Positions 8,117 to 15,357 of a stretch of 32,000 nucleotides of DNA are shown piece after piece. Below the pieces are notes generated by a model, which worked only from the letters and a program-made list of their open reading frames with translations, was not told the origin of the DNA and ran no database searches. A program made the position numbers and the translations under genes. The number at the start of each line of letters is the position of its first letter. Within the stretch, counting starts at the first letter, position 1. Origin of the DNA: Pseudodesulfovibrio mercurii (GTDB taxonomy: Bacteria > Desulfobacterota > Desulfovibrionia > Desulfovibrionales > Desulfovibrionaceae); NCBI RefSeq assembly GCF_000189295.2, contig NC_016803.1, positions 720,001 through 752,000 of the forward strand, read 5' to 3'.

Positions 8117-9043
8117 CTAGCACTCCTCGGCGTTAACGGCGCAGCGCAGGGCGGCGATGGCCACCTCAAGCTGGCTGTCGTCGGGTTCCTTGGTGGTCAG
8201 CAACTGCATCATCAGACCGGGCCAGCACAACAGCTTGCACAGCCAGTTCCGGCTGTATTTCCCGGCGAACTTGATCATCTCATAGGCCACGCAACTGACC
8301 GGAATCATGAGAAAGAGCTTCATACCGACGATGTACAGGTGTTTGACGGCGAAATGTTCCGGCGAATAGAAGGTCAACAGCCATGGCACGAGCACGGCGT
8401 AGAGCACGATGGACACCGCCAGGACGAAGAGCAGGAAGGCGGTGCCGCAGCGCGGGTGCAGGCGGCTGTAGAAACGGCTGGACGCCGGGGAGAGCTCCTT
8501 GCCCTCCTCCCAGGTCCAGATGACCTTGTGCTCGGCCCCGTGGTACTGGAAGACCCGGCGAATGTCCGGGATGTACGAGATGGCCAGGATGTAGCCGACG
8601 AAGACGATCATCTTGATCAGCCCGTCCCAGGCGTGGAAACTCAGGGAGTCCACGTCGCCGCCCAGGCCGAGCAGCTCCATGCCCAGGGACAGGAAATGGG
8701 GCACGACCACGAACAGGCCGAGCGCCGCGCCCAACGCCACGACCATGGTCAGGACCAGGTGCCACGTGGTCAGCTCGCCGCCCTCCTCCTCGGAGTCCTC
8801 GGCGGCCTGCATGGCGGAATAATTGAGGGCCTTGATGCCGTTGACCATGGTCTCCATGAGCACCGGGAAGCCGCGCAGGAAGGGTTTCTTGAGCAAGGGA
8901 TGCCTGACCATGGTGAACCACGGACGGACCTCGGTGACGATCTCGCCGTCCGCCTTGCGGACGGCAATGGCGAGATTGTCCCGGGCGCGCATCATCACGC
9001 CCTCGATCACCGCCTGGCCGCCCACGGCCTGGGGTGCGGCCAT
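8117..9043 (-). CDS. DUF1385-family membrane protein (YqhQ-like)
   Basis: The motif GGQAVIEGVMMR, the HGAEHK motif and several TM helices, in the common rpmE-DUF1385-prfA-prmC arrangement. I prefer the ATG at 9043 (GAGGAA RBS) over the TTG at 9067. Confidence 0.85.
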   Translation of the reverse strand: MAAPQAVGGQAVIEGVMMRARDNLAIAVRKADGEIVTEVRPWFTMVRHPLLKKPFLRGFPVLMETMVNGIKALNYSAMQAAEDSEEEGGELTTWHLVLTMVVALGAALGLFVVVPHFLSLGMELLGLGGDVDSLSFHAWDGLIKMIVFVGYILAISYIPDIRRVFQYHGAEHKVIWTWEEGKELSPASSRFYSRLHPRCGTAFLLFVLAVSIVLYAVLVPWLLTFYSPEHFAVKHLYIVGMKLFLMIPVSCVAYEMIKFAGKYSRNWLCKLLCWPGLMMQLLTTKEPDDSQLEVAIAALRCAVNAEEC

Positions 9044-9165
9044 CGTCAGAATTCCTCGCAGTCTCAAGCAGATACCCTCCGGTAAAGGAAACGGTCCCCG
9101 GGTCGGCCCGCGCCATGTCCCGTGTACGGAGAATCATGGATTCCCCGTCGATTGTAAAGCGCCGG

Positions 9166-9213
9166 ATAAAACAATATGCCTCCGAAGGGTACGCGACCCC
9201 ACCGAAGGCATAT
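9166..9213 (-). terminator. Candidate intrinsic terminator or attenuator after rpmE
   Basis: On the - strand: ATATGCCTTCG...CGGAGGCATAT, an 11-bp stem with one G-U pair and an internal GGGT/ACCC pairing, followed by TGTTTTAT. Confidence 0.45.
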
Positions 9214-9241
9214 GGTCTCGGCTTGCGCCGAAAAAACGAAG

Positions 9242-9469
9242 CTACTTGGACTTGGCGGCCAGGGTGCTCAGATCGCCGTACTTCTTGCGGAAGCGGTCGA
9301 TGCGGCCGGCGGTGTCCACGAAGCGCTGCTTGCCGGTGTAGAACGGATGGCAGTTGGCGCAGATTTCCACCTCGAACTCCTCACCCTTGGTGGTCAGCAG
9401 CTCGGCCTCGTAACCGCAGTGGCAGCGGACCTTGGCCTTGTAAGTCTTGGGATGAATATCGTTTTTCAT
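9242..9469 (-). CDS. rpmE: 50S ribosomal protein L31 (Zn-ribbon type)
   Basis: [10 protein letters not shown]...CHCG...[12 protein letters not shown], 75 aa. Confidence 0.97.
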   Translation of the reverse strand: MKNDIHPKTYKAKVRCHCGYEAELLTTKGEEFEVEICANCHPFYTGKQRFVDTAGRIDRFRKKYGDLSTLAAKSK

Positions 9470-9506
9470 GACTATCTCCTGTCATTCTTTTTGCGTGGAA
9501 CTCGGT

Positions 9507-9535
9507 CTTATACGCACTGCCCCACCGCTTGGCAA
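9507..9535 (-). promoter_or_regulatory. Sigma-70-like promoter for rpmE
   Basis: On the - strand: TTGCCA (9535-9530), a 17-nt spacer, then TATAAG (9512-9507), about 40 nt upstream of the rpmE ATG. Confidence 0.45.
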
Positions 9536-9606
9536 GGAAAATTTCCGGGATTTTCCCGGTTTTCGCGGTCTTGCGCCCTCGCCCCGCCCCACGGCCGCCA
9601 AAGGCG

Positions 9607-9637
9607 CAAAAAAGGCGGGGGCCGAAGCTCCCGCCTT
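9607..9637 (-). terminator. Rho-independent terminator of dsrC
   Basis: On the - strand: GGCGGG-agcttcggcc-CCCGCC followed by TTTTTT, about 25 nt after the dsrC stop. Confidence 0.75.
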
Positions 9638-9660
9638 TGTCAGTCGAGTTCGGTTGAGAA

Positions 9661-9978
9661 CTAGACGCAGCCGGTGGGCTTGGGCAGGCCGGCCATCTTA
9701 CAGGCTCCCTTGCCGGGTCCGGACGGGAACAGTTCGTAGATCTGCTTCAGCTTGAAGCCGGTGACCTTGGAGAGGATACGGACCATCGGAGCGATACCGT
9801 TCTTCTTGTAGTAGTCCTGCAGGAAGTCGATGACTTTCTGGTGATCCTCGGAGATCTCCTTGATGCCCTCGGATTCCTTCACGTATTCGACCCAAACAGG
9901 GGTCCAGTCTTCAAATTTCTGCAGGAAGCCGTCTTCGTCAACTTCGAAAGAAGAGCCCTGGAATTCAACAACAGCCAT
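9661..9978 (-). CDS. dsrC: Dissimilatory sulfite reductase subunit DsrC (TusE/DsrC family)
   Basis: The 105-aa product carries the diagnostic C-terminal arm CKMAGLPKPTGCV with two conserved Cys. A TAGGAGGA RBS precedes it. Confidence 0.95.
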   Translation of the reverse strand: MAVVEFQGSSFEVDEDGFLQKFEDWTPVWVEYVKESEGIKEISEDHQKVIDFLQDYYKKNGIAPMVRILSKVTGFKLKQIYELFPSGPGKGACKMAGLPKPTGCV

Positions 9979-10103
9979 TGTATCCTCCTAAGTGGATGTT
10001 TGTCTTGCTGTAGCTCCGAGGGTTCCCGGAGCGACCTTATCCATTTAAACAGCGATCCGCTGCTTAGCTGCGATCCAAAAGACCGGTGTAAAACCGTGGA
10101 GGG

Positions 10104-10132
10104 ACATTACGTCGCCTCCCCAACCTTGTCAA
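10104..10132 (-). promoter_or_regulatory. Strong sigma-70-like promoter for dsrC
   Basis: On the - strand: TTGACA (10132-10127), a 17-nt spacer, then TAATGT (10109-10104). This predicts a leader of about 115-120 nt. Confidence 0.55.
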
Positions 10133-10188
10133 GTACTCGCCACAATTCAATGGAACAAAAAGCGGTCCGAAAAGGCACCCGTAACGAA

Positions 10189-11916
10189 CTAGGATTCCAT
10201 GAGTTCGGACAGATGATCGCGAGCATACTCCAAGGACGGGTCCATGTCGAGGGCCGCCCGCAGGTAATCCTCCGCCTCCTGCCGGTTGCCCAGGAACTTG
10301 TGGCACAGGCCGAGATTGGCCAGGTCGTGGGGCGAGCCGCTGTCGATGTCCAGCGAGGCCTTGAAGTCCTCGGCGGCCAACTCGTACCGGCCGCCCTTGA
10401 AGTGGGCCACGCCGCGCAGGTTGAAGAACTCCCGGCACTCGCGGTCCAGCGACACGGCCCGGTCCAGAAGTTCGACGGTCTCCTCCCACGCCTCCATCTG
10501 GGACAGGGCGTAGGCCTGGTAGAAGACCGCCAGGCCGCGCTCGGCGTCGGCCGGTTGCAGGTCCACGGATTCCTCGAAGCAGGCCGCCGCGTAAAGCGGA
10601 TCGCCCATGCGCAGGGCCAGCAGTCCCCGGAAGAACGGAAGGAAGTACGCGCCGGGGTAAATCTCCTCAAGCACGTCCAGCCCCTCCAGGGCCTCGTCGA
10701 AGTCCGCGTCCTCGGCCAGGATGCGGCCCACGAACAGGCCAATGGACCGGTGCGGGGTGCGCTCCCGGAAGTCGAAGCCGGGCACGAAGTTATAGTTGGC
10801 CGTGACCATCAGCTCCGGGTGCCGGGTGTCCACGGCGTAGAGCGTGTCGCCCTTGTCCGCCAGCCCTCGGGCCAGGGCGGTCAATTCATTATATATGTCC
10901 CCGTCCTCCACCGTGGGCAGGGAATCGAGGGGGACCACGCCGCCCCGCTTCAGCCACTCGATCTGATCGAGTTCGGTGAACTTGGGCAGCCCCGAGGCCT
11001 CGTACACGCGGCTGGTCTCGAAGTCGCCCGCCAGTTGGGCCACCTCGGTCACGGCGCGGATGGCCGCCTTGACCGGCGAGGCCGCGGTCCCGGCGGTGAA
11101 GACGATCTCGCTCAGGGCCGGGAAGGTCTTGCGGTCCCAGGCCACGGCGGCCACGGTGGGCACGGGATAGCCGAGGCTGAAGTCCTTGAGAATTATGGTC
11201 ACGCCGTTGCGCGCGAAGCAATCGAGCAGACGGCGCAGGACCGGATCGCCGCAGGTGGCCGGGTCAATGGTCGGGGTGACCTGCCGGGAGCGGTCGATGA
11301 GCGCGCAGACGTGCCGCTCCACCAGCTCGCAGGCCCCCTGTGCGATGGACTCCTCGAAGGTGTTCCCGGCGGAGGAGCCGTTGAATTCGTTGAGCTTCTT
11401 GAACCAGTCCAGGGGGACGTACTCCTCCCGCCCGGCGGCCACGTTGAGGGCCGGGTGGAACCTCCAGCGGATCAGGTCCAGGAGCCGGACGGCCTTGTCC
11501 GGCCCGATGTTCTCGCCCACCGAGCGGATCACCTGGCCGACGTCCATGACCCGGCCCGGCCAGCGGGCCTGGGCCTCGGACCAGGTCAGTTCGGTGAAAT
11601 TCTCCGGGTCGGCCCAGAAGCTGAAATAGGAGAAGCGCTCCACCAGCTCCATGAGGGCCGAGGCCTCGGCCTGCTCCGGGGACGCGCCCTTGCCCATCTG
11701 CTTGCGGGTGGGCATGACCTCGCGGGCCTCGGGGCCGCACTCGCTGACGAACACCGGGATGCCGAGACGGCCGGTGTCCACCCGGTCGGTCCGGGCCAGG
11801 ACGCCGCTGCACTTTTCGGCCAGGGCGGCCTTGACGCGGGCCACGGTCTCCACCGGGCTGCACGCCTTGTCCTGGTCCGTGGTGAAGGATTTGGGACAGT
11901 TTCCGAGTTCGATCAC
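10189..11916 (-). CDS. ycaO: YcaO-domain protein with a C-terminal TPR domain (standalone, E. coli-YcaO-like architecture)
   Basis: YcaO core pattern: RVDTGRLGIPVFVSE...KGASPEQAEASALMELVERFS...NGSSAGNTFEESIAQGACELVERH. The C-terminal region of about 170 aa has TPR repeats. The start is set at GTG 11916 (RBS AGGAAGG), overlapping the upstream gene's stop as GTGA. The upstream part of the 842-aa track ORF is out-of-frame overlap. Confidence 0.85.
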   Translation of the reverse strand: MIELGNCPKSFTTDQDKACSPVETVARVKAALAEKCSGVLARTDRVDTGRLGIPVFVSECGPEAREVMPTRKQMGKGASPEQAEASALMELVERFSYFSFWADPENFTELTWSEAQARWPGRVMDVGQVIRSVGENIGPDKAVRLLDLIRWRFHPALNVAAGREEYVPLDWFKKLNEFNGSSAGNTFEESIAQGACELVERHVCALIDRSRQVTPTIDPATCGDPVLRRLLDCFARNGVTIILKDFSLGYPVPTVAAVAWDRKTFPALSEIVFTAGTAASPVKAAIRAVTEVAQLAGDFETSRVYEASGLPKFTELDQIEWLKRGGVVPLDSLPTVEDGDIYNELTALARGLADKGDTLYAVDTRHPELMVTANYNFVPGFDFRERTPHRSIGLFVGRILAEDADFDEALEGLDVLEEIYPGAYFLPFFRGLLALRMGDPLYAAACFEESVDLQPADAERGLAVFYQAYALSQMEAWEETVELLDRAVSLDRECREFFNLRGVAHFKGGRYELAAEDFKASLDIDSGSPHDLANLGLCHKFLGNRQEAEDYLRAALDMDPSLEYARDHLSELMES

Positions 11917-12638
11917 GCGGCCTTCCTCTTCATGCGGAACAGGTTGATGACGTTTTCCTCGCCGGTCTCGTTGTCCTTGTAGTTGGCCGCCGACTTCATC
12001 ATGGCGAAGGTTTCGGCCGCCTTGTCGAAAAACTTCCGGCCCTGCCGCTTGCGGTCCATGGCCATGAAGACCTCGGCGGACGGGGTCTCGGCCAGATGGG
12101 CGCCGAGGAAGTCCGCCAGAGGCTCGTAGACAGCCTCCTCGTACAGGACCTCGCAGCCGATGATGTAGTCGAAGCGGCACCCCAGGGAGTCCCTGGTGAA
12201 GTCCACCCGCCGGATGTCCACCAGGCCGTCCAGGCCGTTCTTCAGCACGTTGATGCGGCTGAACAGCAGGGCGTAGGGTTCCACGTCGCTGACGGTCACG
12301 TGGTGGCCGAGCTTGGCCATGACCATGCCGTTCACGGCGCAGCCCGTGCCCACTTCGAGGACCGAGCAGCCGGGCGTGAACGGAAACCGGGTCAGGGTGT
12401 AGCCCAGGACCAGGCAGGAGGGCCAGACCTTGGCCCACAGGGGCAGGGAAATCTTCTTGCCCGACCGAGTCCGGTCCACCAGCTTGTCGAGATACTTGGG
12501 CATCTGTTTGACCTGGAGGATCTCCAGGGTCTGGTCGCCGATGGTCACGGGCTCGAACCCGACCTCGCCGAACTCCCGCACGGCGAGGTCGATGAGCGCA
12601 CCGATGGGCTGTTCCAGGTTGAAAACGGTATCCGCCAT
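11913..12638 (-). CDS. Class I SAM-dependent methyltransferase, protein-(lysine)-methyltransferase-like (Methyltransf_16/METTL21-like pattern)
   Basis: LPLWAKVWPSCLVLGYTL...VLEVGTGCAVNGMVMAKLG.HVTVSDVEP...DYIIGCEVLY, with a GGAGGG RBS. Its stop overlaps the YcaO start. Confidence 0.8.
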   Translation of the reverse strand: MADTVFNLEQPIGALIDLAVREFGEVGFEPVTIGDQTLEILQVKQMPKYLDKLVDRTRSGKKISLPLWAKVWPSCLVLGYTLTRFPFTPGCSVLEVGTGCAVNGMVMAKLGHHVTVSDVEPYALLFSRINVLKNGLDGLVDIRRVDFTRDSLGCRFDYIIGCEVLYEEAVYEPLADFLGAHLAETPSAEVFMAMDRKRQGRKFFDKAAETFAMMKSAANYKDNETGEENVINLFRMKRKAA

Positions 12639-12658
12639 TCTTCCCTCCGGAATACGAA

Positions 12659-12675
12659 GGCCTCTCGAAGAGGCC
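12659..12675 (-). terminator. Short hairpin between the Tim44-like gene and the methyltransferase gene (weak terminator or processing signal)
   Basis: GGCCTCT-cga-AGAGGCC, a 7-bp stem. The - strand has only a weak T tract (TTCGTATT) before the methyltransferase RBS. Confidence 0.3.
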
Positions 12676-12680
12676 GTGTT

Positions 12681-13529
12681 TTATTGGTCTATCGAATTGA
12701 TCCTTTCCAGGACCCACAGTCCGCCGGGCGTGGTGTCGTCGCGGTCGAACTCCCAGACGGCGCGGTATCGGACCGGACGGCCCTCCTCGCCCACGCGCAA
12801 CTGCGCGTCGTAGTGCACGGAGGCCGTGGTGCGGCCGTTGTCCGAATGCAGCTCCGTAAGCAGGGCCGAGACGAGCATGACCTCGGTGCGGGGGCGTTCC
12901 CCGGCGGCCACGGCATCGCTGTAGACCCCGTCGGACAGAAAGTCGCGGAGATCGTCGTAGTCTTCCTTGTCGCGGGCCTGCTGGAAGCGGGAAAAGAGGA
13001 CCTTGGCCCCTTCCAGGAACTCGGCCTCGTCGAACCCGTCGGCGCGCAGGGACGAACCCGTGGGCGTCCCCGTGGGGGTCGTGGGCTCGGGCCGCTGGCC
13101 GGGTTCCCTGGAACCGAGCATGTCCCAGGTGCGGCGGGCCGCCTCGTGGCGGTCCATGGTCCGGGCCTCGGGCCGTTGGGCGGTGCCGTCGTCGGACCGT
13201 ACGTCGGGCCGGGTCTCGCCGGAGCCGTCCTCGTCGCCGGGCTTGTCCGGGTAGTCGGGCCGGGACCAGCGACCGGGCCGGGTCCGGTCGTCGTCATTGC
13301 CGCCGGAACGACGCCGGAAGGCGCGGACCAGGAAATAGGCGATGAGCACCAGCAGGAGGATGTTCAGGATGGAGCCGGTGCGGCTCGGGGCCGCGGCCTG
13401 GGCAAGGGCCGGGGTGGCCGTGAGCAGGACCAGGACGGACGCGGTCAGCAGCCTGCCCAGGCAACGTGCCCGGCGGTGCGCCGAACGGCCGGACGCACCG
13501 GCCGCGATTGCATGGATGACGTTGTGCAT
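12681..13529 (-). CDS. Membrane protein with a C-terminal Tim44-like domain
   Basis: Signal or TM region (LLTASVLVLLTATPALA, ILNILLLVLIAYFLV), a long charged disordered linker, then a Tim44-like pattern (FDEAEFLEGAKVLFSRFQQA...WEFDRD...WVLERI). The start is taken at ATG 13529 because the upstream part of the track ORF overlaps the response regulator gene out of frame. Confidence 0.7.
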   Translation of the reverse strand: MHNVIHAIAAGASGRSAHRRARCLGRLLTASVLVLLTATPALAQAAAPSRTGSILNILLLVLIAYFLVRAFRRRSGGNDDDRTRPGRWSRPDYPDKPGDEDGSGETRPDVRSDDGTAQRPEARTMDRHEAARRTWDMLGSREPGQRPEPTTPTGTPTGSSLRADGFDEAEFLEGAKVLFSRFQQARDKEDYDDLRDFLSDGVYSDAVAAGERPRTEVMLVSALLTELHSDNGRTTASVHYDAQLRVGEEGRPVRYRAVWEFDRDDTTPGGLWVLERINSIDQ

Positions 13530-13564
13530 GGGTGTTTCGTAAAACAAAGTCGGCGGACAGGCAA

Positions 13565-13963
13565 TCAATCGATGAGCGCGAGGTTGCGCAGGATGGCGTA
13601 GAGGCTCTCCACCTCGATGGGTTTGGGCAGATAGGCCGCGGCCCCGCCCTTGTAGTAGGCCCGGACCACGGTCTTTGGGTCGTTCAGGGCGGTGATCATG
13701 ATGACCTTGGCCTCGTCGGCGGCGGAAACGCCCGCCTCCTGCTCCATGGCCCGGATGTCCTTGAGGGCCTGGTGGCCGTCCTTGTTGGGCATCATGATGT
13801 CCATGCAGACCAGATCGTAGGGACGACCTTCGGCAATGGCCCGGCGGAAGGCGTCCACGCACTCCACGCCGTCGGAGGCCGTGTCGCATTCGCCGAAATC
13901 GGACAGCAGCGCGGTCAACAGCTTGCGGCTGGTGAATTCGTCTTCAACTATAAGAATACGCAT
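13565..13963 (-). CDS. Single-domain response regulator (receiver only)
   Basis: MRILIVEDE..., phosphoacceptor context LVCMDIMMPNKDG, and ITAL...KPI. An AAGGAG RBS precedes it. Confidence 0.9.
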   Translation of the reverse strand: MRILIVEDEFTSRKLLTALLSDFGECDTASDGVECVDAFRRAIAEGRPYDLVCMDIMMPNKDGHQALKDIRAMEQEAGVSAADEAKVIMITALNDPKTVVRAYYKGGAAAYLPKPIEVESLYAILRNLALID

Positions 13964-14151
13964 TGATTCTCCTTATCGGAAACAAAAGTACACCACTCCA
14001 GGAAGGAAGACAACGGGCCGGGCAGACTTCGGACGCAATATATAACGCCTTCACATGCCGCCCGCCCGTACGGCCGGGACTTGCCCTGGAGGCGATTGCC
14101 ACGTAGGAACAGGGCCACGGCGAACCACGCCGCCCCGGAGGAAACCTGATC

Positions 14152-14481
14152 ATGGACCTTTCGCACATCCCCGCCCTGCTCGGCGGCTTCTTCGACTTCC
14201 TGGACAGCCCGCAGTGGCGCGCCTGGCCGTTCAACGCCGGGTACGGGGAACACATCCTGCCCGCCCTGGCCCGGCTGCTCTTCGTCACCCTGATCATGGG
14301 CGTGATCCTGCTCTTCCTCCGCCTGCTCTTCGGACCGGGCGGCCCCCTGCGCGACAAGGAACTCGACGAGGAGGCCCGCCGTGAGACCGAACGGGAGCGC
14401 GCCGAGCTCAAGGAGCAGTTCGACAAGGGCGAAATCTCCGAGATGGAATACAAGGCCCGGCTGAAGCGCCTCGAGGATTGA
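14152..14481 (+). CDS. Small membrane protein with a C-terminal SHOCT-like motif
   Basis: One TM helix (LARLLFVTLIMGVILLFLRLLF) and the tail LKEQFDKGEISEMEYKARLKRL. A GGAGGA RBS precedes it. Confidence 0.6.
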   Translation: MDLSHIPALLGGFFDFLDSPQWRAWPFNAGYGEHILPALARLLFVTLIMGVILLFLRLLFGPGGPLRDKELDEEARRETERERAELKEQFDKGEISEMEYKARLKRLED

Positions 14482-14483
14482 TC

Positions 14484-15266
14484 ATGTCGCTGGCCACCCA
14501 CACGCAACTGGTCCGGGAATTCGCCGAGAGCCACCTCACCGGCGAGGAGAACAACGACTACCACATCCGCCTGAAGCTCGACCACACCATGCGGGTCCTG
14601 GACAACGGCCTGGCCATCGTCGCGGACGAGCGGATCACCGGGCGCACCGGGGAACTGGCGGCCATGGCCGCCCTGTACCACGACATCGGCCGGTTCCCGC
14701 AGTTCACCCGCTACCGGACCTTCAAGGATGCGGACTCCGTGAACCACGGGCGCATGGGCGTGCTGACCCTGCGCCGCCTGGACCTGCCCGGCGGGTTCAC
14801 GACCGAGGAATGGCGCCTGATCCGGGCCGCCGTGGGGCTGCACAACGTGAAGGACCTCAACCCGGCCCTGACCAACCCTCTGGCCGCCATGGTCAACGTC
14901 ACCCGCGACGCGGACAAGATCGACATCTTCACCGTGATCCTGGACTACCTGGCCAGCCCTCGATCCCCGGACCGGGTGGTCCTGCTGCAACTCGAGGAAG
15001 ACCCAGCGCGCTACACCCCGGCCGTCATGGACGCGGTCCTGTCCGGCGGGTCCTGCGACTATTCCCTGCTGCGCTTCGAAAAGGACTTCCTGCTGCTCAT
15101 GACCGGCTGGCTCTTCTCCCTGACCTACGCAACCTCGGCCCGACTGCTCCTCGAACGCGGCCTGGTGGCCCGGACCTTCGGCATGCTGCCCTCGACCCCC
15201 GAGGTGGAGGCCCTGGAGGCCAAGGTCATGGACCACCTGCGCGCCCGGGGCGCGGTCCGGTCCTGA
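14484..15266 (+). CDS. HD-domain phosphohydrolase
   Basis: H...HD metal motif (KLDHTMRV...AALYHDIGR), with NHG and DADKID further on. I prefer the ATG at 14484 (GAGGA RBS 6 nt upstream) over the TTG at 14478. The start region overlaps the previous stop. Confidence 0.8.
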   Translation: MSLATHTQLVREFAESHLTGEENNDYHIRLKLDHTMRVLDNGLAIVADERITGRTGELAAMAALYHDIGRFPQFTRYRTFKDADSVNHGRMGVLTLRRLDLPGGFTTEEWRLIRAAVGLHNVKDLNPALTNPLAAMVNVTRDADKIDIFTVILDYLASPRSPDRVVLLQLEEDPARYTPAVMDAVLSGGSCDYSLLRFEKDFLLLMTGWLFSLTYATSARLLLERGLVARTFGMLPSTPEVEALEAKVMDHLRARGAVRS

Positions 15267-15357
15267 CGACCCCGTCCGGGGACGACGCTTTACATCCTCC
15301 GGCGAGTGCTTATTATTTCCGGTAACGCACTCTCATCCGAACACAGGAGGACCCCTC

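Noticed and set aside
7016-9085. Very long ORFs antisense to well-supported genes. Examples are 7016-9085 (+), 9841-11982 (+), 12096-13601 (+), 22070-24676 (-), 25140-27794 (+), 28284-30671 (+), 13944-15236 (-), 2024-3376 (-) and 476-1369 (-).
   Set aside because: Their translations are low-complexity and rich in Gly, Ala, Arg, Val, Asp and His. Each lies opposite a gene with clear family motifs. These are typical shadow ORFs of a high-GC genome with few stop codons on the antisense strand.
9214-9241. Small hairpin TCGGC-ttgc-GCCGA next to an A/T run, just after the rpmE stop.
   Set aside because: On the rpmE strand the T-run precedes rather than follows the stem. The larger hairpin at 9174-9213, followed by TGTTTTAT, is the better terminator candidate.
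11917-12717. N-terminal 267 codons of the 842-aa track ORF (10189-12717), which would make a giant YcaO protein.
   Set aside because: That part is Arg/Pro/Gly-rich nonsense overlapping the methyltransferase gene in another frame. A GTG with a good RBS at 11916 gives a normal 575-aa YcaO.
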